In this document: positions 9,074-15,590 of the stretch, piece after piece
How the letters are laid out: the number at the start of each line of letters is the position of its first letter
Numbering within the stretch: position 1 is the first letter of the stretch
Source of the DNA: Candidatus Peribacter riflensis
GTDB taxonomy: Bacteria > Patescibacteriota > Gracilibacteria > Peribacterales > Peribacteraceae
Assembly: GCA_001430755.1 (NCBI GenBank)
Contig: CP013062.1
Location: 660,001-692,000, forward strand
Direction of reading: 5' to 3'
DNA length: 32,000 bases
Notes under the pieces: generated by a model
Database searches by the model: none
The model's input: only the letters and a program-made list of their open reading frames with translations
What the model was told of the DNA's origin: nothing
Program-made: the position numbers and the translations under genes

Positions 9074-9091
9074 GCACGTGCAGTGTACACT
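9074..9091. promoter_or_regulatory. Palindromic -10 region shared by divergent rbfA and fmt
   Basis: AGTGTACACT (9082-9091) is a perfect palindrome that reads TACACT on both strands. An adjacent GCACGTGC palindrome lies at 9074-9081. Confidence 0.35.
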
Positions 9092-9097
9092 AGGGCC

Positions 9098-9982
9098 GTG
9101 ACGCAGCAGCCTCTCTCCATCGTTTTCTGCGGTACACCGGAATTCGCAGTACCTTCCCTCACGGCCCTGCTCGAACGGCCCAAGGACTTTCGCCTCAGCC
9201 TCGTCATCACGCAGCCGGACCAGCCTGTGGGCCGGAAACAGGCGCTCACGCCGCCGCCGGTAAAAGTGTACGCAGAGGCCCACCGCCTGCCGCTCCTTCA
9301 GCCGGACGATATCAACGATGCCGCTACGCACTCCCGCATCTCCGCTCTGGGGTGCGACGTGCTCGTCACCGTCGCCTACGGCCAGATTCTCTCCCCCGCC
9401 CTCCTCCTGCTCCCCCGCCTCGGCGGCGTGAACGTGCATCCATCGCTCCTGCCCAAGTGGCGTGGCGCGGCGCCGATTCAGAATGCCATTCTCGCCAGCG
9501 ACTCTGAAACCGGCGTGACCGTGCAACAGATGGTGCAGGCCCTGGATGCCGGGCCCATCCTCGCGCAGGAACGCATGGCACTGTCACCGGAGGAGACCCA
9601 GGAACACTTGAGTGTCCTCCTCTCCGCGATGGGAGCGAAACTCCTGGCCGATACGCTCACAAAACCCTTCTCCCCCGTGCCGCAGGATGAAACGCACGTA
9701 ACTTTCTGCCGCAAACTCTCGCGCAAAGACGGCGAGGTGAATCCAGCGGAAATGTCTGCAGAAGAGATTCACCGCCGCGTGCGCGCTCTCTCGCCCTGGC
9801 CGGGCATCACGGCCCCCTTCGGCGGCACGCGCGTGAAGATCCTCGCAACCTCCCTCGTAGCCGAGCCGGAAGCACTGGAGGTGCCGTGCAAGGATGGCCG
9901 CCCGCTCTTTGTCTTAAGCCTGCAGCCACAGGGACGCAAACCCATGAGTGGAAAAGCGTGGCTCAGAGGGCACAACAAATGA
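9098..9982 (+). CDS. fmt: Methionyl-tRNA formyltransferase
   Basis: Motifs IVFCGTPEFAVPSL and HPSLLPKWRGAAPIQ. The GTG at 9098 lies 6 nt after TACACT. The ORF track start at 9083 is an alternative. Confidence 0.9.
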   Translation: MTQQPLSIVFCGTPEFAVPSLTALLERPKDFRLSLVITQPDQPVGRKQALTPPPVKVYAEAHRLPLLQPDDINDAATHSRISALGCDVLVTVAYGQILSPALLLLPRLGGVNVHPSLLPKWRGAAPIQNAILASDSETGVTVQQMVQALDAGPILAQERMALSPEETQEHLSVLLSAMGAKLLADTLTKPFSPVPQDETHVTFCRKLSRKDGEVNPAEMSAEEIHRRVRALSPWPGITAPFGGTRVKILATSLVAEPEALEVPCKDGRPLFVLSLQPQGRKPMSGKAWLRGHNK

Positions 9983-9994
9983 ACGTGACCGCTA

Positions 9995-10028
9995 CTTCTC
10001 TCCCCTTGGGGAGAGACCGAGTGAGGGG
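9995..10028 (+). repeat. Hairpin plus GTGAGG short repeat, copy B
   Basis: CTTCTCTCCCCTTGGGGAGAGACCGAGTGAGG is near-identical (one extra C) to 21989-22021. The stem pairs TCTCTCCC with GGGAGAGA. Confidence 0.65.
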
Positions 10029-10092
10029 TCATGCGACAAAGTAAAAAAACAGCGCAGGATGTTTCCCACGCTGTTTGTGACATTGATCAACT

Positions 10093-10377
10093 CTATATTT
10101 TCGTCTTCATCTCCTGCAGCGCAGCAATGATCTGATCCAGATCTTCAGAGTCGAACATGATCGTGGTCTTGCGGCCGCCGCGGCTCTTCTCTGAGATCTT
10201 CAGAAACTTGCCGTTGCCCGACTGCTTCAGGTCGACGTAGAACGTGCGCTGGCGCGCGTGAATCGTGACGGAGTGGATCTCGTCGGCATACTGCCGTCCA
10301 CCGCCGCCGCCCGTACCGCCGAATGATCTGTCTGCCTGCGGGGCGCCGCCTGTGAGTTCCGCCATGGGATCGAACAT
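10093..10377 (-). CDS. PUR-alpha-like (DUF3276-type) nucleic-acid-binding protein
   Basis: 94 aa with a Gly-rich N-terminus, then RTFYVDLKQSGNGKFLKISEKSRGGRKTTIMF, which resembles a single PUR repeat. Confidence 0.65.
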   Translation of the reverse strand: MFDPMAELTGGAPQADRSFGGTGGGGGRQYADEIHSVTIHARQRTFYVDLKQSGNGKFLKISEKSRGGRKTTIMFDSEDLDQIIAALQEMKTKI

Positions 10378-10486
10378 AGAAAGAATGGGAAGAAAGTAAG
10401 AAGCACACTCCCTCTCCGTCCCGCATCCGTGGGATCTGGCCGGACCGATGGACGTTTCGAACTCCCTACTCCGTCACACCTTTCTT

Positions 10487-12004
10487 TTAGGAAAGTGGCG
10501 CGAAAAGGATACGCGGCTCCCCCACTTTTTTCCAGTCTTTTTGGCTTCCCCATTTCTTCATTTCCTCCGTAATTTGGAAGTCCTTTTCGAGCATCTTCCC
10601 GGCATAGGGCACATTGAGCTGACGACTGATCTCCTGCGCGGTCTGCGGGATGAAGGGCAGGAGCATCAGGGCAATGTGGCGCAGGCGTTCCGCGAGGTTC
10701 GCAAGCTCCGCATTCTTTTCCTCTGCGGGGAGCGCCCACACCTTGCGCGCATCGATGTACTCATTCGCACCGACGGCAATGTTCAATGCCTCCTGGATGG
10801 CATCCGAGAGACGGAACTCATCCATGGCTTCTCTGTAGGTTTTCCATGCGGATCCGATCGCATCCTTTCCGCTCGCGGCGATCACTCCCCCTTCCTTCTT
10901 GAGCAGAACGAGCACGCGATTGAGCAGGTTGCCGATTTTGTTTCTCAGTACCGCATCATAGAGCTCCTCAATCCTCTTCCAGCTGAAATCCCCGTCGTTG
11001 CCCACCGGCACCTCGTGGCTCAAATAGAACCGCAGCGGATCGGGGTTGCCGTTGAACTTCTGCAAAACCTCTTCCGGCATCACCACGTTGCCGATGCTCT
11101 TGCTCATCTTCTGCCCCTCGCTCGTCAGAAACCCGTGGATGAGCAGGCGGTCGGGCGTGCGCACGCCCGCATGTTTGAGCATGGCCGGCCAGATGAGCGC
11201 ATGAAACCGCGCGATGTCTTTGCCGATCACGTGGGTCACTTCAGCATCATCCCAAAATTTCCGGTCTTCCTTCGCTGTGAAAAATCCCAGACCCGAAATG
11301 TAGTTCGTGAGCGCGTCGCACCACACGTACATCACATGATCGGGATCATCGGGCACGGGGATCCCCCAGCTCAAACTGGATTTCGGGCGCGAGAAGGACA
11401 CATCTTCCAGCCCCTGCTCAATGAGTGAGAGTGTTTCCTGCGCGCGCACTTTTGGGACGATGTCGTATCCCCCTTTCTTCGTGAGAAGGTTCTTGAGCCA
11501 CTGCGTCTCTTTGTTGAGGAGAAAAAAATAGTTCTCTTCACTCACCTGCTCGGGCACGGCATTGTGGATGGCACACTTGCCGTCCGTAAGGTCGCGCGCC
11601 GTCATGAAGCGCTCGCAGCCCGCGCAATAGCGCCCCGTGTAGGTGCGCTTCTCGAGCACGCCTGCCTGCTGCAGCTTCTTCCACAGCGCCTGCACCGTCG
11701 GCCAGTGGCGCACGCGATCCGTCGTGCGCAGAAAATCATCGGACGAGATCTGCAGACGCTGATAGAGATCGACGTAGAGGGGAACATTCCGGTCCACCAA
11801 CGCCTGCGCGGTGACTCCCTCGTCCTTCGCCTTGCGTTCGATTTTGACTCCATGCTCATCGGTGCCGATCTGAAAGCGCACCTCATCTCCGCGCAACCGA
11901 AACCATCGCGCGACAACATCGGCGAGAACTTTCTCCATGACATGCCCCATGTGCGGGGGGGCGTTGGGATAATCGATCGCAGTCGTGATGTATTGGCGCG
12001 ACAT
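10487..12004 (-). CDS. metG: Methionyl-tRNA synthetase (short form)
   Basis: YPNAPPHMGHVMEKVLADV (HIGH-type motif) and the KMSKS motif. Confidence 0.95.
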   Translation of the reverse strand: MSRQYITTAIDYPNAPPHMGHVMEKVLADVVARWFRLRGDEVRFQIGTDEHGVKIERKAKDEGVTAQALVDRNVPLYVDLYQRLQISSDDFLRTTDRVRHWPTVQALWKKLQQAGVLEKRTYTGRYCAGCERFMTARDLTDGKCAIHNAVPEQVSEENYFFLLNKETQWLKNLLTKKGGYDIVPKVRAQETLSLIEQGLEDVSFSRPKSSLSWGIPVPDDPDHVMYVWCDALTNYISGLGFFTAKEDRKFWDDAEVTHVIGKDIARFHALIWPAMLKHAGVRTPDRLLIHGFLTSEGQKMSKSIGNVVMPEEVLQKFNGNPDPLRFYLSHEVPVGNDGDFSWKRIEELYDAVLRNKIGNLLNRVLVLLKKEGGVIAASGKDAIGSAWKTYREAMDEFRLSDAIQEALNIAVGANEYIDARKVWALPAEEKNAELANLAERLRHIALMLLPFIPQTAQEISRQLNVPYAGKMLEKDFQITEEMKKWGSQKDWKKVGEPRILFAPLS

Positions 12005-12060
12005 AAAGCACCACTAGCCTAGCGGAGAACGTCGGACCTTCAATGCTTTCCGTGCCTTCC

Positions 12061-12411
12061 TTATCCGCCCGTGATCCCCACGATCAGCCCACGCACGTAC
12101 ATGATGATCGACCACCCCATAATCGCAAGCACGAGCCCGCCGAGCGCGTACTGAATGATCTTCTTCGCCTCGTCCTTTGCCCCCTCACCGCCGATCACCA
12201 GCTTCACGGACGCATACAGCACCGCCAGCACGGCTCCGCCGCCCACGAGCTGAAAGATGAACGTCGCCGTGCGGCCGGCCAGATCCATGAGGAACCCCTG
12301 CCCCTCGCCGCACGCTCCGAAGGTGGAACAGTAGATCCCCCACACGCCGGGGTCGGCGGCCAGGGCGTGCTCCGAGAAGATGCCGAGAATGGCAGAGAGG
12401 ATGTCGGTCAC
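12061..12411 (-). CDS. T4SS pilin-like protein (VirB2/TrbC-like; two TM helices, Cys pair)
   Basis: The GTG start at 12411 overlaps the upstream stop (GTGA). N-terminus VTDILSAILGIFSEHALA, then CSTFGAC, then two hydrophobic helices separated by GGEGAKDEAKK. Confidence 0.6.
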   Translation of the reverse strand: MTDILSAILGIFSEHALAADPGVWGIYCSTFGACGEGQGFLMDLAGRTATFIFQLVGGGAVLAVLYASVKLVIGGEGAKDEAKKIIQYALGGLVLAIMGWSIIMYVRGLIVGITGG

Positions 12412-12995
12412 AGTCCCAGGTTGAGAACGGCGTGGACGATCGCATTTGCGGCATTGATGATGAGCGCGCCGACGATGGCCCACAGGATCATGCTGAGCGC
12501 CTTCTGGTACGCGTCGGATTTGCCCCACGCGATAACGAGGCGGATCGCGGCGTAGATGACGATGCCCACGAAGGCCACGTTCAGAAGTGAGAGAATGGCG
12601 CTGACGGCGGCAGCCATGAAATCGAGATGCGGCGTGGTCGCTGAGGCGAGAGGCGCGGCACGGGTCTGGACGAAGGTGACAATCGCCTGCGAGGCGAGCG
12701 CGAGCATGAAGCCGCCGACCGCGAACAGAATGGAGTTCTTTCCTTTTCCGGCCGCCCCGTCATCGCCCGCGCTCAGGAACATCTGCACGCCGCCGATGAT
12801 GACAAAGAGCACGGCTCCGCCCCCCGCGAGTCCCACGAGCAGTGAACCGATCGGCGGAATGAACTGAACCGCCATGTTCACGGGGGTGCAGCCCCCCGGT
12901 ACACCCACGCACGGATCCTGCGCCGGAGGGGCTGCGAGGGCGACTTCCACGAAGAGCGAGAGAAGCCGGTACGAGAATGTAGAGAGAAGGGTCAC
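12408..12995 (-). CDS. Tandem (fused double) T4SS pilin-like protein
   Basis: The GTG start at 12995 overlaps the upstream stop (GTGA). Signal-like VTLLSTFSYRLLSLFVEVALA, then CVGVPGGC, then two consecutive TM-loop-TM modules with loops SAGDDGAAGKGKN and AWGKSDAYQKA. Confidence 0.6.
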   Translation of the reverse strand: MTLLSTFSYRLLSLFVEVALAAPPAQDPCVGVPGGCTPVNMAVQFIPPIGSLLVGLAGGGAVLFVIIGGVQMFLSAGDDGAAGKGKNSILFAVGGFMLALASQAIVTFVQTRAAPLASATTPHLDFMAAAVSAILSLLNVAFVGIVIYAAIRLVIAWGKSDAYQKALSMILWAIVGALIINAANAIVHAVLNLGL

Positions 12996-13387
12996 TGGAA
13001 GAACATGGAATTGAGCGTGCGCAGGATGAACCCGGCGAAGAGCAGAATGACAATGCCCGTGATCGCCCACCGCATATGACCGATCCCCTTGGCGCGCTGG
13101 CCGCTATCCGCCCCCGAGAGCATGATCATGAATCCGCCGAGGAGCACCCACAAGACACAGAGACCCATAGCCACATAGATGAGCCACGTCGCGGCATCGT
13201 TGAAGTACGAGAGAAACGTTCCGAAGCCAGGTTGCACTGGAATGTTATTCTGATTCCCGAGCGGCGCGAGCAGGTCGATGCCCCCCTGATTACGCTGCGG
13301 CATTCCCCCCTGTGCAAAAACGGCAAGCGGCACCGCGAAGGTTGCAAGAACGAGCAGGCCGGAGAGCAGGGATTCACGCAGATGCAT
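12992..13387 (-). CDS. T4SS pilin-like protein (first gene of the pilin operon)
   Basis: The internal ATG at 13387 gives MHLRESLLSGLLVLATFAVPLAVFAQG (signal peptide). The C-terminal part has two TM helices separated by SGADSGQRAKG. Confidence 0.6.
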   Translation of the reverse strand: MHLRESLLSGLLVLATFAVPLAVFAQGGMPQRNQGGIDLLAPLGNQNNIPVQPGFGTFLSYFNDAATWLIYVAMGLCVLWVLLGGFMIMLSGADSGQRAKGIGHMRWAITGIVILLFAGFILRTLNSMFFQ

Positions 13388-13393
13388 CCAATG

Positions 13394-13402
13394 ATTATAG
13401 CA
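13394..13402 (-). promoter_or_regulatory. Extended -10 (TGcTATAAT) for the pilin operon, probably giving a leaderless transcript
   Basis: The minus strand reads TGCTATAAT-cattgg-ATG, so only 6 nt separate the -10 from the start codon at 13387. Confidence 0.45.
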
Positions 13403-13495
13403 CAATCCGTGTTCGCAGGCGATACCCCGAAGTGGCTGCAGAAAGAGGTTCCTTGCTTGCACTCCTCCCTCTCCGTCCGTAGGATTTCCCCACAT

Positions 13496-13603
13496 GCGGA
13501 TGTAGCTCCCGCCTTCGCCCCTCCGCTTCGCTCGGGGCTACGGGCGGGCAAGCAGTTGGCTTCACCCGCCTTGGCGCTCCTTACTACGACCGGACACTCT
13601 CAC
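13496..13603 (+). pseudogene. Degenerate tRNA-Gly(GCC)-like unit 1, disrupted by a GC-rich hairpin
   Basis: Starts with GCGGATGTAGCTC, identical to the tRNA 5' end. A hairpin follows at 13508-13548 (CCCGCC...GGCGGG), then CAGTTGGCT and a decayed anticodon-arm remnant (CGCCTTGGC). Confidence 0.5.
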
Positions 13604-13716
13604 GCGGATGTAGCTCAGTTGGCTACCCGCCCGACCGAACGGTGTTCGGCCGTTCGGGCGGGGAGCGTCGCCCCCTTGGCAAGGCGACGCGGGAAACCAC
13701 TCAGCAATCCCCCTAT
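13604..13716 (+). pseudogene. Degenerate tRNA-Gly(GCC)-like unit 2, with a 38-nt hairpin in the D-loop
   Basis: The first 22 nt (GCGGATGTAGCTCAGTTGGCTA) are identical to the tRNA. A hairpin lies at 13626-13663 (CCCGCCCGA...TCGGGCGGGG). The anticodon arm carries a CCC insertion and GCC changed to GGC. There is no T-arm and no 3' acceptor strand. Confidence 0.6.
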
Positions 13717-13793
13717 GCGGATGTAGCTCAGTTGGCTAGAGCGTCGCCTTGCCAAGGCGAAGGTCGCGGGTTCGAACCCCGTCATCCGCTCCA
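13717..13793 (+). tRNA. tRNA-Gly (anticodon GCC), CCA encoded
   Basis: Manual cloverleaf: acceptor GCGGATG/CATCCGC, D arm GCTC/GAGC, anticodon loop TTGCCAA, T arm GCGGG-TTCGAAC-CCCGT. Confidence 0.95.
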
Positions 13794-13837
13794 GATATCA
13801 AGGATCATTTCGGTTCATCCTGCCATACGATGAGCTT

Positions 13838-13860
13838 GCCCGCACGCCTGCGGGCGTTTA
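13838..13860 (+). terminator. Hairpin terminator after tRNA-Gly(GCC)
   Basis: GCCCGCA-cgcc-TGCGGGC followed by GTTTA. Confidence 0.5.
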
Positions 13861-13863
13861 TGA

Positions 13864-14268
13864 ATGGGTCATATGAAAGGCTTCATTGTGAACCTGCAGA
13901 AGGAAACGCTGGCGAACAGCGACTTTCGCCGCGTCCTCTACACGGCCAAGAACAGTCAGCTCGTTCTGATGAGTATTCCGCCCAAGGAGGACATCGGCGA
14001 AGAGGTACATACGCTGGATCAGTTCATCCGCATCGAGGAGGGTGAGGCGCTCGCGATCCTGGACGGCGTCGAGCACCGCATGGGCGACGATGACGGCGTG
14101 GTCATCCCCGCAGGAACGCGCCACAACATCATCAATACGTCTGCGAAAAAAGACCTCAAGCTCTACTCCATCTACTCCCCTCCCGAGCATCGCGACCAGG
14201 TGGTGCACCACACGAAAGCGGACGCGCTCGCCGGGGAAGAGCACTTCGACGGCAAGACGAGCGAGTGA
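13864..14268 (+). CDS. Cupin-domain protein
   Basis: 134 aa. GEEVHTLDQFIRIEEGEA...VVIPAGTRHNIINTS fits the two cupin motifs, and the conserved tail is YSPPEH...HFDG. Confidence 0.8.
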   Translation: MGHMKGFIVNLQKETLANSDFRRVLYTAKNSQLVLMSIPPKEDIGEEVHTLDQFIRIEEGEALAILDGVEHRMGDDDGVVIPAGTRHNIINTSAKKDLKLYSIYSPPEHRDQVVHHTKADALAGEEHFDGKTSE

Positions 14269-14272
14269 AAGA

Positions 14273-14285
14273 TGGAGCGGGATAC
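14273..14285 (-). repeat. 13-bp direct repeat copy of the tRNA-Gly(CCC) 3' end
   Basis: TGGAGCGGGATAC at 14273-14285 is identical to 14696-14708, the plus-strand complement of the tRNA 3' end including CCA. Weaker similarity continues (TCAAG, GGAAGC). Confidence 0.8.
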
Positions 14286-14299
14286 CCATTCGGCTCCGC

Positions 14300-14560
14300 T
14301 CAAGGGAAGCATCTCAACGTTTCTCGTAACATCAATTTCAACCCCCGCTTCCCTGCAGTGGTTTTGAGATACCGTTCCCGCCGCAGGGCATCGGCCTTGT
14401 TGGTGTAACACTCATGAAAGATGAGCTTCCATGGTCGATATGCTTTCGTGGAAATGACTTCGCCCCGGTTATGGGTTGCCAGCCGTCGACCCAGATCTTC
14501 GGTGAAGCCAACGTAGAGACTGCCGGTAGATATGCTGCGCAGTACGTAGACGATGAACAT
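14300..14560 (-). CDS. Small stand-alone GIY-YIG nuclease-domain protein
   Basis: 86 aa. VYVLRSISTGSLYVGFTEDLGRRLATHN...ALRRERYLK fits the GIY-YIG motifs of the stand-alone GIY-YIG domain (UPF0213-like) family. Confidence 0.85.
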   Translation of the reverse strand: MFIVYVLRSISTGSLYVGFTEDLGRRLATHNRGEVISTKAYRPWKLIFHECYTNKADALRRERYLKTTAGKRGLKLMLRETLRCFP

Positions 14561-14695
14561 GGGGAAACGGTATAGCCCCCGTAGCAGATACTCGCAAGCT
14601 CGTATCGCTACAGGGCACTTCGTACACGTCGCGGAATTCGAAGTTGAGGTTGTGGCTGTGCCACGTAGTCACGGAGCGGAGCGACGTGTACTACG

Positions 14696-14769
14696 TGGAG
14701 CGGGATACGAGAATCGAACTCGCGTCTCAAGCTTGGGAAGCTTGCATACTACCACTGTACTAATCCCGC
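14696..14769 (-). tRNA. tRNA-Gly (anticodon CCC), CCA encoded
   Basis: The minus strand reads GCGGGAT-TA-GTAC-AGTGGTA-GTAT-G-CAAGC-TTCCCAA-GCTTG-AGAC-GCGAG-TTCGATT-CTCGT-ATCCCGC-T-CCA. Confidence 0.95.
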
Positions 14770-14825
14770 TTTGAACACAACCAACAATACACAAATCAGG
14801 AACCGTGATCTATGGGGACCCGAGG

Positions 14826-15428
14826 CTATTTCCGGCTACCCTTTAACCATCCCGCCACACGATCGCGTGCGCTGCGAATCGTTCTCACAATCCTCGGCTT
14901 GAGCCCGAGAAGCTGCTCCACTCTCTCGCGCAGAGCCTCCTTGGTCAGGGCAAGTTTGTCTTCGACGGTGTCGCCCCCTCTGAGGAGTGATTGAAATTGC
15001 TGTATTTCTGCGTCTGTCAGGGGACGTGCCCGAATCGTTCCTCTCATGCCGTTCCCCTCAATCCAATATTGAGGTTCCGTCGGCTCAACGTATGCATACG
15101 TGTAGCGGCGGTCGTCCGTCACGCCTGTCTTTTTCTGGAGAGTGCGAAGGTTATGAACAAATCCCGGAAGCGAGAGGCCTCCGATCCTCTGTCCGATGAC
15201 ATCCGGTTCATAGTGAGTGTTGTAGAATTTCGCAGTCCCCACGAAGTCTGTGTGTGCAACCGGTTGCTCGAGTGGGGCTTCTTCACCGTAAATACCAAAG
15301 CCTTGGTCCGTTACGCGGTCGGGACGAATGATGCGGTGCGTGAGCGTTCTCTCCTGCGCGAAGACCTCGACGTAGCCGGGTTCACCGCGTTTACGTTCGT
15401 TTTCGGCAAATTCCTGTGGAGCTTTCAT
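14826..15428 (-). CDS. Hypothetical protein (200 aa), no family recognised
   Basis: Long ORF between two tRNA genes with a consensus promoter immediately upstream. It has visibly more A/T-ending codons than neighbouring genes. Confidence 0.6.
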   Translation of the reverse strand: MKAPQEFAENERKRGEPGYVEVFAQERTLTHRIIRPDRVTDQGFGIYGEEAPLEQPVAHTDFVGTAKFYNTHYEPDVIGQRIGGLSLPGFVHNLRTLQKKTGVTDDRRYTYAYVEPTEPQYWIEGNGMRGTIRARPLTDAEIQQFQSLLRGGDTVEDKLALTKEALRERVEQLLGLKPRIVRTIRSARDRVAGWLKGSRK

Positions 15429-15464
15429 ATTATAATTTTAGTACAAAGTTTCTCTATTTGTCAA
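15429..15464 (-). promoter_or_regulatory. Near-consensus sigma-70 promoter of the 200-aa orphan gene
   Basis: The minus strand reads TTGACA (15464-15459), an 18-nt spacer, TAAAAT (15440-15435), then tataat and the ATG at 15428. Confidence 0.6.
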
Positions 15465-15501
15465 TGTATCTGCTACTACGGCAATTATGGGAGAAATAGT
15501 A

Positions 15502-15578
15502 TGGTGCGCCCGGCGGGATTTGAACCCACAGCCTTCAGCTTCGGAGGCTGACGCTCTATCCAGTTGAGCTACGGGCGC
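15502..15578 (-). tRNA. tRNA-Arg (anticodon CCG), CCA encoded
   Basis: The minus strand reads GCGCCCG-TA-GCTC-AACTGGATA-GAGC-G-TCAGC-CTCCGAA-GCTGA-AGGCT-GTGGG-TTCAAAT-CCCGC-CGGGCGC-A-CCA. Confidence 0.95.
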
Positions 15579-15590
15579 ACGGCGGCCATC

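Noticed and set aside
9948-10130. 60-aa ORF containing SPLGERPSEG
   Set aside because: The peptide is the translation of the hairpin plus GTGAGG repeat element, and the ORF bridges two convergent genes.
10448-11428. 326-aa plus-strand ORF antisense to metG
   Set aside because: The metG frame has HIGH and KMSKS motifs, and the antisense ORF has none.
13496-13793. Considered whether the ~110-nt periodic units could be a CRISPR array or a tmRNA
   Set aside because: The repeated parts are tRNA-Gly 5' sequence with variable decay, not uniform repeats with unique spacers. No tRNA-Ala-like acceptor or tag reading frame typical of tmRNA is present.
13076-13833. Plus-strand ORFs (216 aa and 63 aa) running through the pilin gene antisense and the tRNA-Gly units
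   Set aside because: They translate tRNA and hairpin sequence (ADVAQLARASPCQGEGRGFEPRHP) and are artefacts.
14991-15551. 186-aa plus-strand ORF ending in ...MVRPAGFEPTAFSFGG
   Set aside because: Its C-terminus is simply the translation of the antisense of tRNA-Arg. It also overlaps the better-supported minus-strand 200-aa gene and its promoter.
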